Of a stretch of 64,000 bases of DNA, positions 13,052-25,930 are shown one piece after another; position 1 is the first letter of the stretch, and every line of letters begins with the position of its first letter. The stretch is taken from positions 930,001-994,000 of the forward strand of contig NC_047063.1 of NCBI RefSeq assembly GCF_902459465.1. The letters are read 5' to 3'. This DNA comes from Asterias rubens (lineage: Eukaryota). The notes beneath the pieces were generated by a model, which did not search any database, was not told the DNA's origin, and worked only from the letters and a program-made list of their open reading frames with translations. The translations under genes were made by a program, and so were the position numbers.

Positions 13052-13789
13052 CTTTTCCCAATATTTAAAAAAATAATTGATGAAACAAAATATCACCCGC
13101 TTAAAACTTCATATGGTTGGGACCGCGATTGTTCGGGAAGTTGAAATATGCGCGGAAATTGCACGTGCTATTAACGGGTGTATGTACTTTTTGTAGGAGT
13201 AAAAACACAATGTCCACAGATTTACACCAAACTCACACAGTTTTAATATAACGATAGTAGAAAGCTTCCCTGAAAATATTATGTGCTGATGTGTTGTAGT
13301 TTTTGGGAAATGAGTAAAACAATGTCATGAAATTTATTTTAAGCATTTACAAACGTATTTTCATGACATCGTTTTACTCATTTCTAAAAAACTACAGCAC
13401 CTCAGTAAGTAATATTTGAAGGGAAGCTTTCCACTACCATTATCTTCAAACCCTATACGTTTAATGTAAATCTATGGACATTTTGAAAAAGTACCCAAAT
13501 CCTTTAAGATAATTTAGATCATAATAATAAATATTTTGTCGATACATTTTTAAAGTCTTGCACTATAAAGTTATCCCTATTTTAGTGCGGCATCAGAAAT
13601 TGTTTTAATTTTTAAATTATACACACTTTAATCAATAACTTTAGTTTCATACAGTGAGTAAAAGTAAACAAACAAAAAGTTGTTTTTATTGTAATCATTA
13701 TGATTTATCGTTGCAGGTTCAATGAGATGATGTGATCGTGACTTGAAATCATCTTCAGACTGAGAAGGGTTTCTTGACCCAGTGTCTTC

Positions 13790-16700
13790 ATGCACTCCGT
13801 TCGTTATTTGACCAGCCACATCTTGGCCTTACCCCTTAGAACGATGGAGCAGAGTAGGAAAGTGAAGTGCGGCTTGTACATGCTGGCGTATTTGGATTAC
13901 ATCATCCTGGTGGCTGCGTTAACAGCAGGCCTTTATGCCAGTTGGCTCAAAACCGACAATGTTATGTTGATTGTCATCGGTGGTTGTGGCTTGTTCTTAT
14001 TTGCATTCTGTGGCATGTTGTACTACTACTTTGGCTTGGTGGATATTAGTTCCAGTTTCACTCATCTCTGGTGCGGTTGTCTTCTTGGTCTTATATCGTT
14101 TGTACACATTGAGACATACCAGGTTCAGGAGGTTCCTGTTGTAGTCACCACAGTGATGTTGATGACAAGTATGGTAATCAAAGTGTTCTGGGCTGTGGTG
14201 CAGCGCTTTTGTGGTTTAGTGACGTATTCATCTGTCTTATTAACCCATGTGGAGATATTTCAACTGGTTGGGTTCTCAGTGGCCTGTTTCTTACACACCC
14301 AAGCCATGTACGCAATGTGGTTGATGGTGTTTGCATGTGCTTTCACACTGATGACAATAAGGCTGAAAGTGATTCTTGCCATTCCTTGCCTTGCCATGTT
14401 TCTTACCATATCTATAGCAGCTTTCATTAACACAGTGGATTTGTCATTCAATGTTGTTGCATTGAGTTGTTTCTTTGTTCGTCTCTTTGTGGACCCCATT
14501 CTTGATTTGTACTACTGCAGTCTGTCAGGCATGGAGAGGTGGGATGTCGTGTTTAGCACACATCGATGGTTCAGGAAGATCTGTATCCTCTTGGTGCTTG
14601 CTTTTGAGATTGTGTTTTTTATTCTTGCTGGAGAGTCGACTGTTAACCATGAGGAGTGGTACTACGCTGTTCCCGCTTTCATCGTCTTTGGTTTGCTGTG
14701 GTTTTGTCTGCACATCATCTTCATCATCTCATGCTGGACATTTACAAACAAACTGACGGAATGCTACCAGGCATACTGCGGTGTACAGGGAGAGACCAAT
14801 AGGAATCTCGGTATGGTCATGGCAGCCAAAGGCATGCGCTTCGTCGCTCTCATCTCTCGTAACCTCATCTTCACAACGTTCATCACCACGTTGCTTCTGG
14901 GCGGGGTGTCTTGGCAGGATAATAATGCAGCTTTCATGGCAAGTTGGTTGATAGTGCTTCCTATTGAGAGTATGCTGCATGGTGTGCTGTATGAGTTAGG
15001 GACGTCACTTGGAGGAACATGTACGGGTTACGCAGTTGTTGGCCCATCAGCCTTCTGTAGGTAAGGGGCAAATGTGCTAACACATGAAGAACAATCAAGT
15101 CTTCTGAATTTTATTAAAGTGATCCCTGTCTACATGACAGTTAAAAATGTTGACTGGCACCCTCGAGCGAAAGGTTTTGACGAAACGGGGAGACCGCCAA
15201 ATTAGAGCAAAAAAAGCTCATTTGGTAGAGCGCCGGAATATCAATCAGGATGTTGCAGGGTCAAGTCCTGCCCAAGTAAATTTATCATTGCTCAACCCAA
15301 AATTATTTGAAAGTTTACCCAGTCAGTTTCCCTCTTGGCTATTACTTTTGTTTACAATGTTTACTGCACTAGTTTAGCTATCCATAACAATCTAGTTTCA
15401 GATGGGGCAAAAAAGTAAGAAATATTCAAAATACATTTTGAAATGTAAATCTGGTATTAAAAATTTGAAAAGATTGTTTTACATACATATACAATAGCCA
15501 AATCAGGCTCCAACTTCATAGAGCTGCATAAGCACAGAAAATGGCTAAGCACTAAAAAAATTACGCTTGACAGAATATCAAAATATCATGTCACATTTAT
15601 CATCTGTAACTAGATTGAGAAAGTTTTTGTCGGTTTTAGCGGTTGAAATGTTTGTGTTGTTTCCCTCCTTCTAACACAGAGTTGACGGGTCTCCGGTTCT
15701 ACTCCCAGCATCCAGCATGGAGGAAGTGAACAGTCGCTCTATTAGACTCCTCAGCACCATGCAGCGTTTCTTTCTGCATCACATGATCGATGTCTTCAGC
15801 TGTGATTTCTCCACCAGTGGGCTCAGTCTCACCACCCTCAAGGCTAAGATGAGAAATTTTTTCGCTCGGCAGATGCCAGATGGTCCGAGGTTCGACACTT
15901 ACCTGGTGTACTACAGTGGTCATGTGCATCCTAGTGGGGACTGGGCATTGGCAGGTAGAGTTTTTCGCTGCCCATTATTGTCTATCTCTTTAAAAATTCT
16001 TGATAAACATCTGAAAACCTGGTTCATACCTTATTGAAAGTGCATCATAGATCCTCTGTAGGCCTGACGACTTGTTGTTCCAACATAATCCAGTTAGGGT
16101 TCTGACGCCAAGTACATCCATGGAGATTTCGCTTTACTAAAACCTTCTCACAAGATAAGAATGGTTAGGGTTGAACAATCTGAAAACATTTAGGAATAAT
16201 TAGCAAAGACAATTTTAGGGTGAACTAAATATGGACAGGGAAAACAATGAAAGCATACCACTTTGCTTGTGTCATAATAGCAATTTTTCCAATGGTTGTA
16301 TTTTTATGCAAGTACTTAAAAGGACGTAAAAAGTGTTTCAACATATTATAGATATGCAGGCTTTTCCTGCATTTGAGTGAACTTAACTTGTGGATAAAAT
16401 GAGCTTTGAAATGGGTAAACTTGATATTGAACAAATCCATTCGCAACTCATCCTCACCGATTTACCATTTTGTGGATTACTTTCCCATAACTTATCCTGA
16501 AACAAATTTGAGGTGTTGTTTCCATTGGGTTGATGTTGTTTAGATGCCATACATAGGTTTATCACATTGTATTGGCATCACATTGTATTGGCATCCCTGA
16601 TCCATTGATGGCCTGCACAGCAGACACAGTTATTTTACTCACCCATATTTGTTAACTGGTAGATCATGGACTTCTCTTTCTTCTCCCAATGTTAATGTTT

Positions 16701-17572
16701 TTAAGCGACGTCCTCAATGGTTCTTACAGGAAAGTGAAGCGAGGACGTCTTCGCTTTTTCAAATCATATTGGCATGGGTTGTTCAGATTTGCCCTTGTAT
16801 GAGCACTTCCCCTGATCTTGAATGTGTGTGTAAGAGGAATGCAGCCTAGGTTCTGCTTTCGATTTTTTATTTTTTTTTGTTGGGGGGGGGGGGTTCAGAT
16901 TTTAAAAGATCTGTTCCCGCAAGCATACACAGAACAGGTTCCATTTTCTACAAACATTTCTTTTTTTAGATTGATAAAAAAAAAAACTAGTAAACATTAT
17001 TTGTCTTCTTCTTTGATTCAGACAATGAAGTCTTCAAGTTTGAGTCCATCCTAGAGCTATGGCAGGAAGCGAGCATCAAAGACTCTCAATCAAGACTCAT
17101 TCTGATTCAAGACGCAAACAGCTGTGTAGACTGGCTGAAACAAATCCCTAAGAACACTACCAACGTCATCGGATTGCAGGGCTGCGTCATTGGCAAATCA
17201 AAAGACTCTGAGACCGGGGCGTCGGTGGCAGTCGGGGACTTCACTCATGAATGGGTAGACTTCAATTGCTCTTCAGAGAGCAGCCACACGGCAACTTGGA
17301 AGGAGGAAGGGAGGAATGTGAAAGCCGTTTATGCTGTATCACATATGTGGAGTGAGTTTGAGTTCCATAGACCGACGGATGAGGATATTGAAGAGCACTG
17401 GCAGCAGAGCTTCCCTCGCTTGACGCACCCGTTAATCAAAGTCCTAAGAATTCCAAGTGCTCTGGACAAGTACAATTTTTCTTGCTGGAACTGCTTGAAA
17501 CGTTGGAAGATGAAGTGGTTACCCCCTCATGTCGTCAATACAGGACATGGTTTTAAGCTGGTTAGATCATGA
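13790..17572 (+). CDS. TMEM168: Transmembrane protein 168, conserved parental copy, 698 aa
   Basis: Exons 13790-15060, 15680-15954, 17022-17572 (2097 nt, phases 2 and 1). N-terminus MHSVRYLTSH resembles human MCKSLRYCFSH. Conserved motifs: MAAKGMR, LPIESMLHGVLYELG, DFSTSGLS, RFDTYLVYYSGH, GDFTHEWVDFNC and C-terminal NTGHGFKLVRS*. Confidence 0.95.
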
Positions 17573-18185
17573 CCTTCATATAGAACCAGGCTTGAAGGAG
17601 ACAACCTTGTAGGAGTCTGTACACCATGATGTTCAAGCCTAAGGTTGTGGACTGATTAGTTCAAGAACTTCCCACATTAACCAAGACAGAATTCCAGAGA
17701 GCTGCTAAAACAAATACTGCATGAATGCTTCACGTTAAGAGTTAATTTCAAATTGGTAGAATGCCGACTAATAACCAAAGAAACATGTGAAAAGATTTAA
17801 TTTTATGTACTGTAGTTTTCATACCATAATGCTACGGTTAATGAACTGGTTTTTTTTTTTTTATACCTTCAATGCTCTGCACAGTCTGTATTTCTGGCGA
17901 CTTAAACACAGAAACGTGTAAGCTTTGACAGTTTGAGGAAAAGATCCGTTTCAAATCCTGTCTTCTCTACATGATATGAAAAATCAGAAACAGTTTAAGC
18001 CAGGTTCATACTTCTTACACTTGCGATACTTATTTTTACGTCACAAATTCGCAACAAATAATTCGGAAAATCTCTTGCAAAATATTTGCTACGAAAACAG
18101 AAATTTGTATTGCATTCATATTTGCCAGAAGTATGAACCGGGCTTTATAGTTGTTGACATTTTGTTGACATTGATGAACCTGTTA

Positions 18186-18356
18186 CATGGAGCCTTTCTC
18201 AAACCTCGGCTTGGGCTCCGGCTCAGGCTGAGGCTGAGGCTCAGCGCGCTGTGTACGCAGCTTGGCCCTTAACCTGCATTTTCAGCGTGAATTGCACCAA
18301 CATCAGCACGCGGAGGCTGAGCCGAAGCCTAAGCCAAGGTTTGAGAAAGGCCCATG
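18186..18356. mobile_element. Small MITE with ~40-bp imperfect TIRs
   Basis: CATGGAGCCTTTCTCAAACCTCGGCTTGGGCTCCGGCTCAG versus CTGAGCCGAAGCCTAAGCCAAGGTTTGAGAAAGGCCCATG. Confidence 0.65.
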
Positions 18357-20850
18357 TTGTCCATATCTTTGTTGTTTGGGGGTGCAGTTAGAAGCCATTC
18401 ATCCTGTAACTGACAGCTGTAAACCAGTGATCACACCCAAGGTTACAGTACAACCCGGGAACTTTGAACTCATGCTTGCCATTTATAATGTGTATGTAGC
18501 TGTCCACTATTAATGTGATTCTGTGGGACAAAGAAAATGGTGTAAGATTGTTCATTAATACATTAGTCATCAGCCAACATTGCACTTCGACCTTTGAACC
18601 TAGAAGTGTTCAGCAGCTCGGGTAAACTTGGTTATATTAAAATCAGATAGAGCTAACTGTGGAGATGAGCATAAGTTATTGATAGATTTGGAAAGAGTTG
18701 TAAAATTACATTTGGAATTACATGATTCATCACAAGGTTGAGAATTTGTTGTTAAAAGTACTTAATGCAAAAAATAGTTAATTGCCTGACGCACTTACGA
18801 ATAATTAAGACTGCATTTTGCCTACTACGCATGAACATGTGAATTACTACAGTTCGATCTGATTTTGCAAAAACATGGCACCTTCATAAAACAAATACAG
18901 GCATTGAGTTTGCCTTTTTCCATGAAATAATCGTTTACATTAAGGATTTGTTCTTATTGAAGGGCACAGTAGTTTTGGGGTGGAGAGAAGGAATCTCTAA
19001 GAGTCACATTTGCAATTTCCAATGTAGCAATTTAAAGGGCACCAAGGCAATGATTAGGGGCATGAGGCAATTGCCTCTTGTTTTCTTGAAGAAGGTAGAT
19101 TGTGTCCCTACTACCAAGGTTAACAGCTTACTATTTTAATAACACAGACAGAGGGAATACAATTTGGTGTGCACATTAACTGATTAGAAACTTTACACAC
19201 TTGTGGTTAGTTTTAAGTAGTTTGCTAGAGTTCACGTTAACTGTGGTGTGGTTAACATCCAGTTGTTTTGGATTTTCCCCAACCCAAAAAGTATTAAATA
19301 TATTTTATAAGCTGAAATATGATTACTGGTTAAGTTTTTTGTCTTATCTGTTTTTGAGCACTTTCAAAATGTGTATGATTATACTCTGTTGATAGTGTCA
19401 GAAGTTTGGTATTTGTTTCTACATATGGCTACATTTATACTTAAAGACCTGCTTGAAAGAAAATGTCAAGTCTTAGCAAACTCCCAGACATGACACCAAA
19501 GCATTGTCATTTTGACACGTGTCGTCAACGACAGATGTGTTTTTAGTTTTTTCAAAACGTTGTTGTTTGGGCCTGATTTTTCAGAAGTGTACACATCAAA
19601 ATTACACTTAAATTGTGAAAAAAATTATCGTAAACAAGATAAATAGCATTTCCGTTATAACATTCCGCTCAAGTAGCTGTTTAAGACTAAGAGTGTAATA
19701 TGGAAAAGCTTACTGGAAACTTGATACACAGTCAGATGGATTCTGAGTCTCCACTTACATGAGATATCTTGACCACATTGTTATTTATTATTGTCAGGGA
19801 ATGAAATCAAGGGATCCTGAAAAGTGACTAGCACTCTAACATGTAGGCCTGAAGACGTTTAGAGAAGATGATGTAGAAATGTCAGTTTTACATGCAGGAG
19901 GAAATCCCTAATAGGGACAACCCATGCCATAGCATTAGGAACCCATAAAAGATCTGGTGTATAGACTGGTTGAAACATCTAGACCTAACTGGGAATTATT
20001 TCCTCCAGCAATTCCACATGGGAAAAATATTACAACTTGACCGGTTTTGTTTACACTGAATGCTAATATTTGAGTGGAAAATTGGTGGTAAAATTTTACC
20101 ATCACATACAAGGAAAATCAATCACTACCATACCAGTGTTTCTTTTCAGAGCAAACACTTCTTCCATATAAGACAACTAAATAATTGTAACTGCAAGTTT
20201 CACATAGGCCTACTTGTGCAGACAACTTTCGAGTGGTAGGCCAAAAGTACATTGTGTGTTGTTAAATGTTTTGTTTTGCATACTCATGTAATGTGTGATG
20301 TGCACTGCTGTTGTCCCAATAAAAGGTTTGTGAAAATTTAATCGATAAAAGTTTGCAGTTATCTTAAAATACATGAGAAATTGTTCATGAAAATTATCAT
20401 CTAAAATGGTCTGATCACAAGGGTCCAAAAACGAGTATTTAAAAACAGTGGAAACATTATGTGTTTATTTTTGAACTGTTGTTTCAGGAGTCTGATGATT
20501 GATGTCCATTAAGCTTAACTTTACAAGTTATTTCATGTTTAGGGTCACACAAAGTGTAGGTGATGGTCGTAGACAATCACTTATGTTGGCCACTTCACTT
20601 AAATAAAACTTATTTATACAACTTTGTTTTGAGCATCATACAAATTTTCGCAGAAATTCTTCTGATTAAAGAATGCGTTCTGGTAACCCTGTCAATATTA
20701 AAACTTTGTGCATTGTATGGTTACAGTATTTTTAGTACAAATATAATGCTACAATACCCAGTTGACAATACCTGTGTAGTTGGCTAAATCGAAAAATCAT
20801 AGTGTGGGTTGTAGGCATACACGACGAGAGCCAATGTCTTTGCAAAAGTA

Positions 20851-21433
20851 TTAAAGTCACCTGGAAGTGGTATTTTTTCAAAATAAAGCTTTTGCCACTA
20901 ACATATGTGTTTTGATGAGTGGAATGTGAATAAACAGTTAACTAAGGTTTTACAAAAATAAGTTCTTATGCTATTTACAAATTTAAGAGTAGACCACGAC
21001 CCGAGAGGGCGCTGTTCATGACGTCAATCGAGGCAGACTTTGCCTGTAATTCGTAGAGTAAACACAATTGCAAAGTACATGTACAGACCAAGCCGTGAGT
21101 TTGTACTTTTCAAAAACAAATTTGTGGGTTTTTTTTCGGCAATGCCGACCAGGTGTATTGCTGCTGAATGCAGAAAAACACTTTTTGAAATGTACCAACT
21201 CACGACTTGGACGTACATGTAATTTGCACGTGTGTTTACTATACGCATTGCAGGCAAAGTCTGCCTCGATTGACGTCACAAAAGGGGTAGGCGGAGTCAG
21301 CCCCCCAAACAACTTTATATATTTTTTAAACATATAAATCGTCACAAACAATTACAAAAATTTTTTTTTTATTGTTCGTAAGCATATACTCTTATGTTTG
21401 AAAGAAAACAAAACATTTTCCAGGTGACTTTAA
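20851..21433. mobile_element. TTAA-flanked non-autonomous DNA transposon (Kolobok-like MITE) with internal inverted repeat
   Basis: TTAA-AGTCACCTGGAA ... TTCCAGGTGACT-TTAA. Internal arms GACGTCAATCGAGGCAGACTTTGCCTG (~21020) and CAGGCAAAGTCTGCCTCGATTGACGTC (~21251-21277). Confidence 0.75.
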
Positions 21434-22076
21434 TTAATTGTTTGTTGAGTTTTAAATTTGTAAAAAAATATAGCAATGATGTTATTAAGCAAAGTAATAA
21501 AGGGAAACAAAGTCTCCAAAACTAAAATAATAAGTTGGTACATGTTCAGTTTTGTTGAATTTTCTTGCATTTTTCTTGCATTTTCTGCGAACTTTACTGG
21601 ACGATATTTGCCAACTCATTTGACATTAAGAAAGGGGCACATCTTAAAACTTGTGCTGCTGTACTTTTATCATTTTATGTGGTAATTATGACTCCAAATG
21701 AACAATTTCTCATAGGAATGGTGTACTTTCTTGCCTGCCATGGAACACACTGGAATGTTCAAGATCACACTTTTTGTAAACTAGGTTGCATGGTCTAATG
21801 CTCATATACCATGCTCCTTATGCGGCAGAGAAGGTGTGTCACACCCCCCCCCTCCCAAAAATGTTCCCATACATTTAAACACACCCTTTTCCACTTGTAC
21901 TAACCTCCCATCTAAATTCCTGTTAAGAATTCCTGAGGATTCAAAGAACACATTAAAGAAAGCAAGGGGTCCGGGACGGGGTACACTGTACCACATATGG
22001 AGCACCAAATGCTTTTGTTTAAAGGCTGGGACTTATCCTAAACCCCATCAAAAGGAAAAATATGGTTATTGCAAAT

Positions 22077-22322
22077 CTGGGCCCAATTTCATAGAGCTGC
22101 TAAGCACAAACAATTGCTTAGCATGAAATTTCTTCCTTGATAAAAACAGGATTACCAACCAAATTTCCATTTGTTGGATATTGCTTGTTACTGGTATTCA
22201 ACTGTTGTTTGCTTATCCTGAAAATCACTTGAAAATTTGGTTGGAAATTGTGTTTTCATCAACAAAGAAATTTCATGCTAAGCAAATTTTTGTGCTTAGC
22301 AGCTCTATGAAATTGGGCCCAG
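22077..22322. mobile_element. MITE with ~34-bp TIRs
   Basis: CTGGGCCCAATTTCATAGAGCTGCTAAGCACAAA and its reverse complement at the other end. Related partial ends near 2780, 6030, 9700 and 15505. Confidence 0.75.
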
Positions 22323-23710
22323 GTTCAAGCAACTGTTTCAAAATGAAAATGTTTTTTGTTAGTGTAAATGTTGGCAGTCTTTCAGTATTTCAAGTTTTGC
22401 TATGAATCAGCATTATGAACTGCTTTATTATCAACATCTGAGTTTTTAGTTGACCTGATTACGACTTTTAAGCGAGGCCACTGGTGTCAAATACAGCATG
22501 TGGGTGATAATATGCAGACTGCAGACAATTGGACTGCTGGCCTTGATACAAGTAGGAATGTGGCGCAATCATTCAAACGTAGGGAATTCCCCTATGATGA
22601 ATAAAAACAATTTGCCTGTGAACAGCTGTTTAAATGAAAATGCTCTGTAACATGCATGCCATCTCAAAGCAATCTCAAATTGTACTATTTATAAATGAGA
22701 ATGATACTGATTTCTAAGAGTTTACTACACTTGCCCTGTCTGTTTGTGACTCATACATTATGCTACTGTGTTATGCAGACTACATTTAAGCCATGCTAAT
22801 GTTGTCTTGTAGTGTTGTATTGTCAGACTTAAAAGGGACTTCCCCAAACATGAGAAATTCAGATTTTGCAATAACAGGCCCCTGGCCCAAGTCCTAAGAG
22901 CACAATAAACTAGCTATGTATAACAACACAATGTTTTTACAAATAATGGTGGCCAGCCAAAATACATTAATTTCAACGTCCTCTTGTGCAGCGTTATCCT
23001 GCTCGTTTATGCTAGGAAGAAAAATCATTTAGTAAAAACTTTTGGCTTTGGCAGCTGATACCTAGTAGGCAGAGGGTTCATAACATGACACTACTTACAC
23101 GAACACCAACACAAAATTGTGCGCTTTGGCCCTGCTAATGGCTTTATAAGAAGTACATACCCTTACTATAAATGGACCCTTCTGATCAGAGGGATATTAT
23201 AAATTTGTTGCGTATGAATGAGCTGTGTGGCTGAATTGTATGCACTCAGTCTTGAAGCATTATCAAATCTTCAAACTTGTTAGCTTTATAGACTGCTTCT
23301 CAGCATTTTATTTTGTAAAATTTGACTTGTTTTACCATTTATGGGGATACACACCTATGTTTTTCTAGGTACTTACATGTATGTTCTGACATTCTTAATG
23401 TATTTTCCTCGCCCTACTCACCCTAACCCTAGTGTGAAAGTCAGAGCTCAGAGCAGTCACCATTGTATGATTGTCTTCTGACTATAGGTAATAATAAAGA
23501 AGAGCTGCGTTAGTCTGATCGAAAAAACAAGGAAATGGCACTTAGTTACAGCAAAACTGCAAAAGCTTTTGCAGCGACAACTGCTTTATCAGATGCAACA
23601 AAGGAGACAAGCAAGTACTATGCAAGAAAGATACGAGTGAATTCAATTAAGGGTGTATGTAGTCCAACATGTACAGCCAATCAACGTAGGTCTCCCCCCC
23701 CCCCAGTCTG

Positions 23711-23973
23711 ATTTCGCAATACTTCTAATATTAGCAGCTTGGTTTTAACTGAATGTGTCATTGTGTTAGGTAATGGGGAAAATCCCGCCACATAGCCTAC
23801 CCTAGAAATGAGAAATTTGCCAGCTACTAGAGGGCTATATAAACAAAACACAGACGTGGCCTAGAGTCAGTGTAGTATTTTTGTCAACCAGAAAGGAAGA
23901 CTGCCAATGAGGGTAGAAAGAAATGTTCTGCAACTGAGATTCTCAAACTGTTGCCGATTACATTTGAGTGGAG
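23711..23973 (+). promoter_or_regulatory. Paralogue A promoter and non-coding exon 1 (C/EBP + kB + TATA)
   Basis: ATTTCGCAAT 23711-23720, GGGGAAAATCCC 23775-23786, TGAGAAAT 23809-23816, TATATAAA 23836-23843, donor GAG|GTAAGA at 23973. Confidence 0.7.
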
Positions 23974-24058
23974 GTAAGATTCATTTTTTTAATATAAAAT
24001 ATGTTTCTTTAAGATTAATCCAGGCCTGCTTACTGCATCCATGGCCCTGGTCATAGAC

Positions 24059-24227
24059 AACAATGGTGTCACTCGACAATGATGTCTTTTGACTATGGTG
24101 TCATTTGACATTTGACTATTGTGTAATTTGACTATGGTGTCATTGACAACGGTGTCATTTGACTATGCTGTCATTTGACTATGCTGTCATTCTACAATGG
24201 TGTCTTTTGACTATGCTGTCATTTGAG
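24059..24227. repeat. ~16-bp minisatellite in intron 1 of paralogue A
   Basis: Units of GGTGTCATTTGACTAT with variants. Confidence 0.85.
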
Positions 24228-25812
24228 TTGTGTATGATTTCGTTTGAGTAGGCCACCTTGCAAAAAGTATTGCTGAACCTGATTGCTTGTAACGTGACAG
24301 TGCATAGAATGTTTTTATGAACTGAGACAATTGATTTATTGAACAGCAGTACTTAACTGTATTTCATTTTACAGACATGATATTTGGTCCTTGGACAAAG
24401 TGGGAATATTTCATCTAGTACAAAGGCTGACCACCATTATCACATGGTACTTTTAAATACATTTCACAGTTTTTCAGAAATGTTCAAGGGCAAAAAAAGT
24501 TGGAAATGAGACTAAAAAAGGAAAAACATCATGCCTCATTTTACCTTATTTTATGCATGGCTTCAACAGGCATGCCAGCCAGTAGCTGGGGCTGGGTACT
24601 AGCTTTAACTTATGTCATACCCTTGGAATTTTGTGTATCAATCTGCAAGACCAACCTGGCATTATACGACCAAGTTGGCAGAGTTTTGCATGATTGGTCA
24701 TGGAAAATGTTGTGTTCGGTTATTAGACCAATAGGAGTACTCAATTTGTTTTCTGGCCTGTGAGAAGGTGCAACAAATTGAGAAACAATTCTCATTTGGG
24801 TTTTGTAGCTTCTGTGGTTAGGCATGCCCATGCAGATGACTCATATTGTAATTGAGTCATGATTGTATGATCGGGGATTTTTGGCCAGTTCATTTGGGAA
24901 TAATCAACTCAATGGAACTTTTAAGCTGTGAGAGATTAATGCACAATATTTTTTTGTTTTCTGAAAAGTTTTCTGGTTTGAAATGAGTTTGGGGGAAAAA
25001 AAGGGTTTTAAGCTTTATGAATAATAAATAATAATAACTCTTGTATAGCGCATTTCACAATAACTGTATCAATGCGCTTTACATTAGTGCCCTGGTCATA
25101 GGGCCAATAACATCCCTTTTAATGTTTCTCAGCTCCCTTGGGAGTATATAACCTGGGCAACCATACATATCGCTCCATAGGCTTTTTCATTCACAATATC
25201 AACCTCTACCCTCGCAGGTACCCATTTATACCTCTGGGTGAAGAGAAGCAATCATAGTAAAGTGTCTTGCTCAAGGATACAAGCATCACTACCGGGATTC
25301 AAACCCGCACTCTGATGACTTGAATTTGATGCTCTTAATCGGCCATGACACTCTAGGCTTAAGCTTTGTATGCATTGTAGTGCGTAACAGTGAAAAGCAC
25401 TACCTCGAATGAAACAAAGTGTTACTACTTTTATGCAAAGTAGTTAGTATACTGTAAGAGGGCATTGTAAATTGTTCATTAATAGTTCACCACAACCTGT
25501 TTCTGCTAAAGTCTACATTTTCACATTTTACCTTTACAAAATTGAACCCAGAGCTATCTATTTATTTTAAATAGTCCCATTCCTTATTTTGTTAATTTAC
25601 TTACTAGGTAGTACTTACTTTTGTGTGTGTTTTGATGGTGGTTTGTTCACATCTCTTTGTAAATTTTAATATAGCCTCCAATGGCGTTATTTTTTTTATA
25701 TAAACTTACTGTATATTTTTTGTATGTAACTATTTTGTATGTAAACCTTTTTATATGTATTGTGATTTTTAATGTAATTTGGCCGTTGGCCATGAATGTA
25801 AAAAGAAATAAA

Positions 25813-25847
<35 letters not shown>

Positions 25848-25930
25848 AACATATTGTATTTAATGTTACTCTGTAAAAGAACCAAGTTTCTCTCTAAACC
25901 TTTGTTCTTCTTTCTGCATTTATAGGTTAG

